Below, piece by piece: positions 9,183 to 18,752 of a stretch of 64,000 nt of DNA. The stretch is taken from positions 71,883 through 135,882 of the forward strand of contig CBDUXP010000001.1 of assembly GCA_965371225.1 (NCBI GenBank). The letters are read 5' to 3'. A program made the position numbers and the translations under genes. Under the pieces are notes generated by a model, which made no database searches, had not been told where the DNA came from, and saw nothing but the letters and a program-made list of their open reading frames with translations. This DNA comes from an uncultured bacterium (lineage in GTDB: Bacteria; Abyssobacteria; SURF-5; CBDUXP01). Position 1 is the stretch's first letter. The number at the start of each line of letters is the position of its first letter.

Positions 9183-10616
9183 CTAGGCCGACTCCACCGC
9201 GACGTCGGTGATTTCCACAGGCGCGGTGAAGCCCTTGACGGTGACCGGGGCCAGGCGGTTCGCCACGTACTTGTGGCCAATCCCGTCGAGCACCGAGGTG
9301 GCCGCGATCACGTGTCCGCCGGCCGCCTCCGCGCAGAGGCGGGACGCCAGATTGACCGCGTCACCGATGATGGTGTACTCCAGATGCTTCTCGCTGCCGA
9401 TGTTGCCGATGAGCACCTCCCCCACGGCAAGGCCGATCCCGGTAAGCAGCGGCGGTTGGCCCGCGTCCCGGCGCCGCGCGTTGAACGCCGCCAGGGCGAT
9501 CTGCATCTGGCACGCGGCATCCAGCGCCCGCTCGCGGTGATCATCCTGCGGGAGGGGCGCGCCGAAGTAGGCGAGCAACCCGTCCCCCATGAATTTGTCG
9601 ATGGTCCCTTCGCGTTCAATCACCACGCCCATGAGGACATCGAAGTATTCGTTCAGGGCGTGGACGAGCGCTTCCGGGTCCATCCCCTCTGCGAGCGCCG
9701 TGTAGTCGCGCACATCGGAGATCAGGACGGTCACCTGCCGGCGCTCGCCTTCCAGGTGCAGCACATCGGACAGGGCGATCAATCGTTCGGCCACTTGCGG
9801 CGCCAGGTACATGGCAAACGCAGACTTGACGCGATCGCGCTCCCGCAACCCATCGACCATCCCGTTGAACGCGGCGCTGAGCCGGGCGATTTCGTCGCTG
9901 CCGCGGACGGGGACGTGCGTGGTGTAGTCGCCGGCCTCGACGTGGTGCGTCGCGTCGACCAGCCGCTGGATGGGGCGGGTGAGGCGCCGCGCGAAGCCCG
10001 CGCCGAGCGCTCCGCCGAGCAACGCCAGGCTGCTGGAGAAGAGGATGACCCACGCCATGCGCGTCTGCAGCTCGGTGAAGTACGCATCCATGTCGTAATC
10101 CACCTTGACGACGCCCACCGTGATGCCGTCCGCCCCCATGATGGGCGCAAACGCGGAGATCCGGCCGCCGGCCGCGGCCGCGTAGGGATTCGTGTACATC
10201 ACCTCGCGCGTCAGGATCGCATACAGCAGGTAGTCGCTGGCGAGATAGAGAGCGCCGCTGGCCGGACCGTCGGGCCGGGTCGTGACCACGTATTCCAGTT
10301 GGTTCTCCACGGGTGTGGTGCGCAGCACGGCCAGCGGCAACTCGAGAGCGTACGCGCGCCGGGCCGCCGCCAGCACCTCCCGCGCCGCGCGCGCGCGTTT
10401 CCCCTCGGCAGCGGCGCCGGCCGGGATCGCGACCAGATCGCGGGCGGGTATCTGCGCCGCGGCCAGGCGGGCCGCCCCCGCCAGCCGTTCGCCGTGCAGC
10501 ACGTGTAACTCCCGGCGCAGGCTCAGGTACAGGTTCAGGGTGCCGAGCACGACGGCGAGCGCGACGAGGAGGGTCACGCCCAGGGTGATCTTCGCGGTCA
10601 AGGTGAACCGCATCAC
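9183..10616 (-). CDS. Membrane-bound class III adenylate/guanylate cyclase with periplasmic sensor and HAMP domain
   Basis: N-terminal TM, a ~170-aa extracytoplasmic region, a second TM and a HAMP-like segment (IQRLVDATHHVEAGDYTTHVPVRGSDEIARLSAAFNGM). Cyclase core RRQVTVLISDVRDYTALAE ... GTIDKFMGDGLLAYFGAP ... GIGLAVGEVLIGNIG. Confidence 0.75.
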   Translation of the reverse strand: MMRFTLTAKITLGVTLLVALAVVLGTLNLYLSLRRELHVLHGERLAGAARLAAAQIPARDLVAIPAGAAAEGKRARAAREVLAAARRAYALELPLAVLRTTPVENQLEYVVTTRPDGPASGALYLASDYLLYAILTREVMYTNPYAAAAGGRISAFAPIMGADGITVGVVKVDYDMDAYFTELQTRMAWVILFSSSLALLGGALGAGFARRLTRPIQRLVDATHHVEAGDYTTHVPVRGSDEIARLSAAFNGMVDGLRERDRVKSAFAMYLAPQVAERLIALSDVLHLEGERRQVTVLISDVRDYTALAEGMDPEALVHALNEYFDVLMGVVIEREGTIDKFMGDGLLAYFGAPLPQDDHRERALDAACQMQIALAAFNARRRDAGQPPLLTGIGLAVGEVLIGNIGSEKHLEYTIIGDAVNLASRLCAEAAGGHVIAATSVLDGIGHKYVANRLAPVTVKGFTAPVEITDVAVESA

Positions 10617-10657
10617 GCCGTGCTTCGGGGCGATCCGGCGCCGGGTCGCACAGCGCG

Positions 10658-11476
10658 CTACGCGCCGGGGCTGGCGAGCGCGATCACGCCCGCCTCATCG
10701 ATCGGCAGTCGCAACACGCCGTGCGCCGGGGTGTGCAGCGTGGCGTGGCCGGTCAAATGATAGCTGACATCCTGCCGCTTCAGGATGGCCGCGGTGGTCT
10801 GGCCCGTGGGGCCGAGGGCCACGTGCGCGGTGAGCGGCACCTGCGTTGGGCCGGTCAGCGGCACAGCGATCGCGTCCGCGCGCGCGCGCAGGATCGGGCG
10901 CCCATCAAGCGCGAGGGCACACCGCAGCCCGCGCAGTTCGAGCGTGGCGGGCGAGTTCGGCTCCAGGGCCACCTCGAGTTGCACGGTGGCTTCGTGCCAG
11001 CCCAACTGGCGCACCTGCACAGCCGCGAGGTGCACGGTCGGCGCCTGCGGGATATCGAGCATGCCCTCGTACTCCAGCGGCCCGCCGCGGTCGCCTAACT
11101 GCAACTGCAACCGGTAGGGCACGACGTCGCGGCCGCGCAGGGCGGGGGCGCGTGCCCAGATGTCCGCGAAGTGAAACGCGATGGGGATGCGCAGGCGGTT
11201 CACGTCGCCCGCCAGCACGTTGCGCAGGCGCGAGTTCTGGCCCTCCAGGACGGCGTCCTCCTGAACCGTGAGCTTCCACGAGTAGCCGTCAATGGTGCGG
11301 GGCCGCGCGGTCGTGTTGCGCACGGTGACGTGCGCGACGAGCGCCATCTCGGTAAAGGTGACATCGAGCAGTTCGACCGCGGTGAGTTCCGTCCCCGCCC
11401 GGGCCGGCAGGCGGGCGCTGGTGGCGCAGGCGCCGAGGCAGAGCACCACGCCCAGGATGCCGTACCGCCCCCTCAC
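10658..11476 (-). CDS. LEA14-like (WHy/LEA_2 domain) lipoprotein, two repeats
   Basis: Signal plus lipobox (VVLCLGAC). Two beta-rich repeats of the late-embryogenesis-abundant LEA_2 type (TVRNTTARPRTIDGYSWKLTVQEDAVLEG...). Start ATG overlaps the stop of the downstream GGDEF gene (ATGA). Confidence 0.45.
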   Translation of the reverse strand: MRGRYGILGVVLCLGACATSARLPARAGTELTAVELLDVTFTEMALVAHVTVRNTTARPRTIDGYSWKLTVQEDAVLEGQNSRLRNVLAGDVNRLRIPIAFHFADIWARAPALRGRDVVPYRLQLQLGDRGGPLEYEGMLDIPQAPTVHLAAVQVRQLGWHEATVQLEVALEPNSPATLELRGLRCALALDGRPILRARADAIAVPLTGPTQVPLTAHVALGPTGQTTAAILKRQDVSYHLTGHATLHTPAHGVLRLPIDEAGVIALASPGA

Positions 11477-12477
11477 GGCGCGTCCTCCTCCGGCCGGTCC
11501 GCCGATGCGGGATACGGCCCGCCGCGCCGGTCCATGACGTACACGCTGCCCGGCTGCTGCTTGCCGCGCCGCTTCAGTTCCGCGGCGATGGCGGCGGCCT
11601 CACCATAGTGGGTGAGCCGGGCGTCCGTGTTCGGGACGACGGCGAGGGTGAGCGACATGAGCGGGTAGCGGGTGGCGACGCCCTTCCGATCTTTGCCGTC
11701 GATGTAGCCGCGAGTGCGGTCTTCTTCGTTGTAGAACGTCGGCACGATCAGGTCGAAGTTCCCGAGCACCTGCGCGCAGGTGCCTTCCGCCTCGCTCAGG
11801 GGCACGATGAGCACAAAATCGTCGCCCCCCACGTGGCCCACATAGCCACCCCTGTCGCGCAAGGGCCGGATCGTATTGACGAGCACACGCGCGATCATCC
11901 GCAACACCTCGTCGCCTCGGGAGAAGCCATACGTGTCGTTGAACGCCTTGAAATTATCCACGTCCACGTAGACGAGTGCAAACGGGTCGCGCTCGGCGAT
12001 GCGCCGCTGGATTTCGGTGATGATGGAATCGTTGCCGGGCAGGCGGGTCAGCGGGTTGGACCCCAACTCCCGCTGCACGCGCGCGAGGGTGAACGCCATG
12101 CGCCGGACGAGGGCCTGGGTGTCCAGCGGCAGCAGCACATAATCGTCCACCGGCAAGGCCGCCCAATCGAGGCCACTGTTCGCAATCGATTCGGGCAGGA
12201 GGAGCACGAGCGGCAAGTGGCTGAACACATTGTCGCTTTTGAGATCGGTCGCGAATGCCTCGGCGGAGAGGCCCGGGGATGCGTGATGCAACAGGATGGC
12301 GTTGGGCGGCTCGTTGTAGATCACGTCAAAGGCGTGCTGGGCATCCTCGCGGATGTAGGTCACGTATCCCGCCGCCTCGAGCGCCGCCTCAATCGTGCTG
12401 TTCTGGGTCGCATCGGGCCCGACGATCAGGATGCGCGGGCGGGGCGGCGTGGGTTGGTCATCGGCCACGGCTGCCAC
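11473..12477 (-). CDS. Response-regulator receiver + GGDEF-domain protein (PleD-like). Signature motif is GGDDF rather than GG[DE]EF.
   Basis: Receiver domain: RILIVGPD ... AILLHHASPGLS ... LPLVLLLPE. GGDEF domain: FALVYVDVDNFKAFNDTYGFSRGDEVLRMIARVL ... GGYVGHVGGDDFVLIVPL. Confidence 0.75.
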   Translation of the reverse strand: MAAVADDQPTPPRPRILIVGPDATQNSTIEAALEAAGYVTYIREDAQHAFDVIYNEPPNAILLHHASPGLSAEAFATDLKSDNVFSHLPLVLLLPESIANSGLDWAALPVDDYVLLPLDTQALVRRMAFTLARVQRELGSNPLTRLPGNDSIITEIQRRIAERDPFALVYVDVDNFKAFNDTYGFSRGDEVLRMIARVLVNTIRPLRDRGGYVGHVGGDDFVLIVPLSEAEGTCAQVLGNFDLIVPTFYNEEDRTRGYIDGKDRKGVATRYPLMSLTLAVVPNTDARLTHYGEAAAIAAELKRRGKQQPGSVYVMDRRGGPYPASADRPEEDAP

Positions 12478-12488
12478 CCGGCGCCCCG

Positions 12489-13328
12489 TCAGCCGAAGTC
12501 GATATCGCCGACGAGATCCAGTTCGTTGTCATACTCGCGGGCCAGTTCACGGACGTCCGCCATGGTCAAACCCAGCACGTCCCACGCATCCGGGTCCAGG
12601 GGCGGAATGTAGGCGTCCCCACCGTTGCCGAATCCGCGGGCGCGGGCGAAGATATCGCCCAGATGCACCATGGCCGTCTGCCGCGGCGCCACTTTCGCCA
12701 AGTGCGGTTGGTGGTGGTAGATGACGGCCTCGGTCAGGATGGGCGGCAAATTCCACTGGTCGATGAGCCAGTAGGCGATGCGCGTGTGATTCACGCCCAG
12801 CACCTTCTCTTCGGCCTCCGCGATCAGGCACTCGTCCGCGGCGACCGTGTCCATCACCTCGGTGAACAGGTCGGGCAGCTGTACGCCGAGCGCCACTTTG
12901 CCCAAGTCGTGCAGCAAGCCGCCGGTGGCCACCTCCTCCGGGTCCGCTTCCCCCAGGCGGCGGGCGATGAGGCCGGACGCCACCGCCGTGCCGAGGGAAT
13001 GTTCCCACAGGCCGACCATGCTCTCCTTCATCAAGTCGTAGACCGTAGCGCTGAGGATCAGCCCTTTGACGACATTGAACCCGAGCAAGACCAGGGCGTG
13101 CGTCACGGTAGTAATGCGCCCGGGAAAACCGTAGAAGCCGGAGTTGATCAGCTTGAGCACTTTGGCCGAGAGCACCTGATCCATGGAGATCACTTTGCCC
13201 ACGTCGGCGATCGACGTGTCCGGGCTATCGACGAGCAGGTTCAGCTTCTCCACGACCCCGGCGAGCGTGGGGAGGCTGGAGAGCGCCTCGATCCGCTTGC
13301 GCAGCGCCTTGCGATCGACCGGGGCCAT
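12489..13328 (-). CDS. HDOD domain protein (HD-related output domain signalling protein)
   Basis: LPTLAGVVEKLNLLVDSPDTSIADVGKVISMDQVLSAKVLKLINSGFYGF ... LWEHSLGTAVASGLIARRLG ... GLLHDLGKVAL is HDOD architecture. Confidence 0.7.
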   Translation of the reverse strand: MAPVDRKALRKRIEALSSLPTLAGVVEKLNLLVDSPDTSIADVGKVISMDQVLSAKVLKLINSGFYGFPGRITTVTHALVLLGFNVVKGLILSATVYDLMKESMVGLWEHSLGTAVASGLIARRLGEADPEEVATGGLLHDLGKVALGVQLPDLFTEVMDTVAADECLIAEAEEKVLGVNHTRIAYWLIDQWNLPPILTEAVIYHHQPHLAKVAPRQTAMVHLGDIFARARGFGNGGDAYIPPLDPDAWDVLGLTMADVRELAREYDNELDLVGDIDFG

Positions 13329-13330
13329 GC

Positions 13331-13681
13331 CTACTCGGGCGGGGGCGCGCCGCCCGCCTCGCCGGGCGCCAGCTCTTGCATGCGCTCGTGCAACTGCTCG
13401 CGAAACACCCCCTTCAACTCCATCATGAGGGAATTGTCCTCCAGGTGCGAAAAGCGCGTATCCAGTTCCGCCTCGAGGTCCGCGAGGGACTTGTCCTCCC
13501 CGGCTTTCTTGACCGGGTGGCCCTCCACCGTAACCCGGGCCACCCCGAAGCGTTCGAGCCGGCCGATCAAGTTCTCGGTCAGTTCGGTGCCGGGGCCGCA
13601 GATAGTGGTGCCCTGCTCGCTGGTGGCCGGCTCGGCCAGCACCATGCCTGCCTTGGCTTGGGGAAGGGTAATGCGCTGCAT
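13331..13681 (-). CDS. Hypothetical protein (116 aa), first gene of the HDOD/GGDEF operon
   Basis: ORF with RBS-compatible context, separated by 2 nt from the HDOD gene. No recognisable family. Confidence 0.35.
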   Translation of the reverse strand: MQRITLPQAKAGMVLAEPATSEQGTTICGPGTELTENLIGRLERFGVARVTVEGHPVKKAGEDKSLADLEAELDTRFSHLEDNSLMMELKGVFREQLHERMQELAPGEAGGAPPPE

Positions 13682-13831
13682 CGGGGACCGCCGGCGGTGG
13701 TGTTCGGGTGACGCACGGCGGTGTGCGATCCTGTCACCGCAGAATCAGCTTATTCTACTGCCAACGCCACGGCACCGTCAATTTGCTCAATATGCGGGGG
13801 CGCCGCGGACCGGGGCCACCACGGACGGTGG

Positions 13832-13860
13832 TTGACGCAGCGGACATGGTCGGCTACCCT
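13832..13860 (+). promoter_or_regulatory. Candidate sigma70-type promoter (TTGACG-N17-TACCCT) driving the MATE leader
   Basis: TTGACG at 13832..13837, 17-nt spacer, TACCCT at 13855..13860. Found by eye, not statistically validated. Confidence 0.25.
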
Positions 13861-14000
13861 GTGGCCTGGTTGGAAGAGAGACGCACGCATGTCGGCAGGG
13901 GACACCATCACCGCGGAAGGCACGGGCGCGCAGCCGTTGGGCGGCGTGTGTCCGGCGACCAGGTCGTGAAGCTCTAGATAGCGTTCCATAAGAGATTCCA

Positions 14001-14032
14001 CCCTGGCTCGCCGCGGCGATCCAGGGTTTTTT
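14001..14032 (+). terminator. Intrinsic terminator / attenuator hairpin in the 5' leader, 24 nt upstream of the MATE start codon
   Basis: CCCTGG-CTCGCCGCGGCGAT-CCAGGG followed by TTTTTT. The inner TCGCCGCGGCGA is itself palindromic. There is no plus-strand gene upstream to terminate. The 13700..14055 interval has low GC3 in every frame and is likely non-coding. Confidence 0.5.
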
Positions 14033-14055
14033 CATTCTCTAGACTACGAACGGAC

Positions 14056-15486
14056 ATGCAGACCATGAACATCGATACGAGTTACCGGCGCATCGCGCTG
14101 CTGACTTACCCCGTCGTCATCGCGCAGACGAGCCACGTCTTCATGGGCGTGATGGACACGGTCATGGTCGGCCGCCTCGGCGTCAGTGAATTGGGCGCCG
14201 TGGGCTTCGCGGGCATGGTCACGTGGTGTTTCCTCTCCGTGCTGTTCGGCCTGTTCAGCAGCGTGAACACGGTCGTGGCGCAAGCGTACGGGGCGGGGGA
14301 CGACCGCGCGTGCGGCGTGGCGTTCTGGCAGGGCATGTACCTCGCCGCCATCGGCGCCGTCGCCTTGGCGGGGCTGTGGGTGCTCATCCCCACGATCTAT
14401 CGCGTCAGCGGCGCCTCGGCCGAGGTCCAGCAGTTCGCCACGAGTTACGTGCGCATTCGCCTGCTCAGCGGCGTGGGGTTCGGCATGCTCGTGGTGGCGG
14501 ACAACTTCTACCGCGGTCTGGGCCGGACGATCGTGCCCATGTGGTTCGGCATCCTCCAGTGCGTGCTGAACATGATCCTGAACTACGGCCTGATCTTTGG
14601 GCACTTCGGCCTGCCCGCACTGGGGACGGACGGCGCGGCCCTGGGCACGGTCATTGCGCTCACCATTTCCGGTGCCCTGCTGTTCGCCACCATCCTCCTC
14701 AGCCCGGAGGTGCGGCGCCGCTACCAGATCACGACCACGTGGCGCTTCGATGCTGCCGTGTTCCGGCGATTGCTGCACATCGGGTGGCCCACGGGCGTGC
14801 AGTCGTTCTTTGATATGGCCTCGATCAACGTGTTCGCCGCTTGCATCGCACGCCTGGGCGACGCGGAACTCGCCGCCACCAACGCGGGCATCCAGGCGTG
14901 GGTGATGGCGATGGTGCCCACCATCGCACTGAGCGTCAGCGCCACAACGCTGGTCGGCCACTGCGTCGGCGCGGGACAGTACGCCGATGCGCACCGCATC
15001 GTGCAGCGCCTGCTCCGGCTGGGGTATCTGATGTTATTGGGGTTCGCAGCCGTGTACTTGCTCGCGCCCGGCCAGATCATGGCGATATTCCTCAAGGCCG
15101 AGGACTTGCCACTGGTGCTGCCGTATGCGCGGCCGCTCTTCTTCATCGTCGTCCTGTGCATGGCGTTCGAGATGCAGTTCAACGTGGGGTCGGGCGCGCT
15201 GCGCGGCGCGGGCGATACCCTCTTCCCCGCCGCCCTCGCCATCGGTGTGTCCTGGCTCGTGTTCGTGCCGCTGACCATCGTGGTCACGCCCCGGTTTGGG
15301 CTGCTCGGCGCCTGGTCGGGGCTCTTCGTGTGGTGCGTCATGATTGCCGGCGGGGTGATGCTGCGCCTGCGCGGCACCCGCTGGCTCGAACGCGCCGGCG
15401 CCCATCCCGAGGACGTGGTGCGCGCCGCAGCGCCCGGGGATCCCTCCGCGCTCGGGGCGGGCCGGCTGACGGTGCGGGTGAAGTAG
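14056..15486 (+). CDS. MATE family multidrug/sodium efflux transporter (NorM-like)
   Basis: 476 aa, 12 predicted hydrophobic segments. MATE N-terminal signature YRRIALLTYPVVIAQTSHVFMGVMDTVMVGRLG. Confidence 0.8.
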   Translation: MQTMNIDTSYRRIALLTYPVVIAQTSHVFMGVMDTVMVGRLGVSELGAVGFAGMVTWCFLSVLFGLFSSVNTVVAQAYGAGDDRACGVAFWQGMYLAAIGAVALAGLWVLIPTIYRVSGASAEVQQFATSYVRIRLLSGVGFGMLVVADNFYRGLGRTIVPMWFGILQCVLNMILNYGLIFGHFGLPALGTDGAALGTVIALTISGALLFATILLSPEVRRRYQITTTWRFDAAVFRRLLHIGWPTGVQSFFDMASINVFAACIARLGDAELAATNAGIQAWVMAMVPTIALSVSATTLVGHCVGAGQYADAHRIVQRLLRLGYLMLLGFAAVYLLAPGQIMAIFLKAEDLPLVLPYARPLFFIVVLCMAFEMQFNVGSGALRGAGDTLFPAALAIGVSWLVFVPLTIVVTPRFGLLGAWSGLFVWCVMIAGGVMLRLRGTRWLERAGAHPEDVVRAAAPGDPSALGAGRLTVRVK

Positions 15487-15620
15487 CGGCCGGCGCGGAA
15501 GCAGCCCGGTTGACCCTCCGCGCAGGGGGCACGTAGCATACGCGCGGTATCGGGGGCGGAGGCACGGCTTCCGGCAGGCGCCGCGGACTGGGGCGCCGGA
15601 CGACCGCAGGAGGAAAGCGC

Positions 15621-17180
15621 ATGATGTTTCTTGGGGATCTGATTCGTCATAACTGTGTCCGGCAGGTGGACGTACCCGCCCTCACGTACGAGGGCCGCAG
15701 CTACACGTACGCGGAGTTCAGCGCCGAGATGCATCGGATGAGCCACGCGCTGGTGGCCGCGGGCGTGCAGCACCAGAACCACGTCGCGGTACTCAGCAAA
15801 AACTGTCCGGAATACCTGATGGCGTATTTCGGCTGCGCGGGCGCGGGCGCGATCATCACCTGCGTCAACTATCGGTTGGCGGACCGCGAGTTCACGTACG
15901 TCATCACCAACTCGGAAGCACAGCTCTTGCTGCTGGACGCTGAGTTCGTGGACACGTGGGAGCGGATCAAGGGCGATTGCGCGAACATCACGCGCGTGGT
16001 GATCCTCTGCGGCACGGCGCCGGAGGGGTACGAGTCCTATGCCGACTTCGTCGCGGGGCAGCCGACGACGCCGCCCACGGTGCCGCTGGACGAAAACGAC
16101 GTGGCCCTGCAGATGTACACGAGCGGAACCACCGGCGTCCCCAAGGGCGCCATGCTCACCCATCGCAACCTGGTGGCGAACAGCATGGGCTGCGCGTTCG
16201 AAACCGACACGAGCCCGGGAGACGTGAACCTCGTCAGTGCGCCCCTGTACCACATGGCCGCGGGGATCAACTCCCTCACCACCCTCCTGTCGGGCGGGAC
16301 GATCCTGCTCCACCGCGAGTTCAACCCGGTGCAGTTGCTCGACGATTTGGAGAACGCGGAGGTGACGCACACGCTGATGATTCCGGCGATGATCCTGTTC
16401 CTGCTCCAGATGCCGGGGGTGGAGGAGCGCGCCTACCCCACGCTCAAACAGATCACGTATGGCGCATCGCCCATCCCCTTGGAGGTGCTCACCAAGGCCA
16501 TGGGGGTCTTCAAGTGCGAATTTCTGCAGGGCTACGGGCAGACCGAATGCACCGCCGTCTTCACAATCCTCGGGCCGCAGGATCACACGGCCGGCGGTGA
16601 CCGGGGCGATCGACTCCTCAAGTCCGCGGGCCGGGAGATCATCGGCTGCGAGGTGAAGGTGGTGCACGAAGACGCGACGGAGTGCGAGCGCGGCCAGTGG
16701 GGCGAGATCATCGGCCGCGGCCCGAACATCATGAAGGGGTACTGGAAGATGCCGGAGGCCACCGCCAAGGCGGTCCGCGACGGGTGGCTCTGGACGGGCG
16801 ACATCGGCTACATGGATGAGGAGGGGTACGTCTACATCGTGGACCGGTCCAAGGACATGATCATCTCCGGCGGCGAGAACATCTACCCCCGCGAGATCGA
16901 GGAAATCCTGTTCACGCATCCCGACATCGCCGACGCGGCCGTGATCGGCATTCCGAATCCGCAATGGGGCGAAGAGGTGAAGGCCTGTGTGGTGGTCAAG
17001 GAGGGGCAGAACCTGTCCGAGTCGGCGATTCTCGATTTCTGCCGCGAGAACCTGGCGCACTACAAGTGCCCCAAGACCGTGGACCTCATCGACGAGATCC
17101 CGCGGAACCTCAGCGGGAAGGTGCTGAAGAAAGACTTGCGCGCGCCGTACTGGGAGGGGCAAGAGCGGTTGGTCCACTAG
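15621..17180 (+). CDS. AMP-dependent acyl-CoA synthetase/ligase (long-chain-fatty-acid--CoA ligase family)
   Basis: MYTSGTTGVPKGAMLTH (AMP-binding motif), YGQTECTA, WLWTGDIGYMDEEGYVYIVDRSKDMIISGGENIYPREIEE, LSGKVLKKDL. RBS GGAGGAAAGCGC precedes the ATG. Confidence 0.8.
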   Translation: MMFLGDLIRHNCVRQVDVPALTYEGRSYTYAEFSAEMHRMSHALVAAGVQHQNHVAVLSKNCPEYLMAYFGCAGAGAIITCVNYRLADREFTYVITNSEAQLLLLDAEFVDTWERIKGDCANITRVVILCGTAPEGYESYADFVAGQPTTPPTVPLDENDVALQMYTSGTTGVPKGAMLTHRNLVANSMGCAFETDTSPGDVNLVSAPLYHMAAGINSLTTLLSGGTILLHREFNPVQLLDDLENAEVTHTLMIPAMILFLLQMPGVEERAYPTLKQITYGASPIPLEVLTKAMGVFKCEFLQGYGQTECTAVFTILGPQDHTAGGDRGDRLLKSAGREIIGCEVKVVHEDATECERGQWGEIIGRGPNIMKGYWKMPEATAKAVRDGWLWTGDIGYMDEEGYVYIVDRSKDMIISGGENIYPREIEEILFTHPDIADAAVIGIPNPQWGEEVKACVVVKEGQNLSESAILDFCRENLAHYKCPKTVDLIDEIPRNLSGKVLKKDLRAPYWEGQERLVH

Positions 17181-17202
17181 CCCGCGGCGGCCCCGCGACC
17201 CC

Positions 17203-18729
17203 ATGACGCCGATGCGCACCATGCCGCCACCGATTGATCTCGTGGCGTTTCCTGACGCGGTCACCGACTGGGCCACGCGCCTGAGCGCGGAGCACTTCGC
17301 GTTCGGCTCCGGGCAGAAGCCCGACCTGGCCCTCGCCCCGATCTACGCCGATCACGCCGACTGGTTCACCGCCGCCCGCCTGCGCGCCTGGGACGAGCAC
17401 TGGTCCGCGAGCACGCCCGAAGAAGCGCACCGGTTCCGCCGCGGGTTGCAGTGGGCAGCCGAAGGGTACCTCGCCGCCGCCGTCCAAGCGCTCACCACGC
17501 GCATCGCCGAAGCGGAGGCCGCGCTCACGGTCACCTGGGACGGGGCGGACGTCACCGTGTACCAGGCCCAGACCGTCCTGGCCGGAGAAGCCGAGCCGGG
17601 GCGCCGGCGCGATTTGCACGAGCGATGTGTCGCCGCACTCGTCACCCTCACGCCGCTGCGGGAAGAACGGCTGCGTACGCGGCATGCAGCGGCCCGCGCC
17701 GCCGGGTATTCCAGCTATCGGGCGCTGCACGAGCGCGTGTACGGCGTGCAGTACGTCGGGCTCGCGGCGCGCACGCAGCGCCTGCTGAGCGAGTCCGCCG
17801 CGCCGTACGCCGCGCACCTGGACCGCTTCCTGCGCACCCACGCGGGCACGACGCTGGACGACGCGCACCGGAGCGATGCGACATTCCTCATCGCGTTCAC
17901 CGTGCCCGGCTACGATTTTCCCGCCGATGCCATTACGGGAGCCCTGGACCGGACGCTCACGAATTTCGGGCTGGCACCGCTGGCCGAACTCCCGATCACC
18001 CTCGACCTGGAGCCCCGCCCCGCGAAGCATCCCCGCGCGTTCTGCTGCGGCATCGACATTCCCCACGACGTGCGCCTGTGCCACGCTCCCGTGGGCGGCG
18101 TGGAGGATTACGTCGCGACCTTTCACGAGATGGGGCACGCCCTGCACTTCGCACACGCGCGCGAGACGCTGCCGCCCGAGGACCGGTACATCGGCGATCG
18201 CGCGCTGACGGAGACGTACGCCTTCTTCATGCAAGCGTTCGTGACCGACCCGCTCTGGCTGACGGAAGTGCTCGGGATCGCGGATCCCGAACCGCTCGTG
18301 GAGCATGCCCGCTTGACGAAGCTGTACTTCGTGCGGCGCTACGTGGCGAAATTGGACTACGAGATCGCGCTGCACGACCTGCCGCCTGACGCGGACTTGG
18401 CCGGCGCGCGCGCGGCCTACGCCGAACGCATGTCCGAGGCCACGGGCCTGTCCACCGACGGGCGGCTCGCACTGCGCGACCTGGACGACGGTTTCTACTG
18501 CGCCGACTACCTCCGCGCCTGGTGCCTGGACGCGCAGATTCGCGAACGCCTGCGGCTGCAATTCGGCCCGCGCTGGTTCCACGAACCCGCCGTGGGCGCG
18601 CTGCTGCGGACCTGGTGGTGCGAGGGGTTCCGGTGGAGCGCTGACGATCTGGCCGCGGCGGCGGGCGTGGGCCTCATCCGGCCGGACGCGCTCATGACCG
18701 AACTCTGCGGCGCCGATCGCGGCGCCTGA
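17203..18729 (+). CDS. M3 family metallopeptidase (oligoendopeptidase F-like)
   Basis: HEXXH zinc motif FHEMGHALH with downstream E. ~500 aa, M3/PepF-like length and organisation. Confidence 0.65.
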   Translation: MTPMRTMPPPIDLVAFPDAVTDWATRLSAEHFAFGSGQKPDLALAPIYADHADWFTAARLRAWDEHWSASTPEEAHRFRRGLQWAAEGYLAAAVQALTTRIAEAEAALTVTWDGADVTVYQAQTVLAGEAEPGRRRDLHERCVAALVTLTPLREERLRTRHAAARAAGYSSYRALHERVYGVQYVGLAARTQRLLSESAAPYAAHLDRFLRTHAGTTLDDAHRSDATFLIAFTVPGYDFPADAITGALDRTLTNFGLAPLAELPITLDLEPRPAKHPRAFCCGIDIPHDVRLCHAPVGGVEDYVATFHEMGHALHFAHARETLPPEDRYIGDRALTETYAFFMQAFVTDPLWLTEVLGIADPEPLVEHARLTKLYFVRRYVAKLDYEIALHDLPPDADLAGARAAYAERMSEATGLSTDGRLALRDLDDGFYCADYLRAWCLDAQIRERLRLQFGPRWFHEPAVGALLRTWWCEGFRWSADDLAAAAGVGLIRPDALMTELCGADRGA

Positions 18730-18752
18730 CGCTGCCGGCCGCGCGCCGGCGG

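Noticed and set aside
13870-14000. Guanidine-I (ykkC) riboswitch identity for the MATE leader
   Set aside because: Fragments resembling CUAG..UUCC and GGUCGUGAAG are present. However, they occur in the wrong order relative to the ykkC consensus as I remember it, and I cannot run a covariance model. Only the generic attenuator/riboswitch hypothesis is retained.
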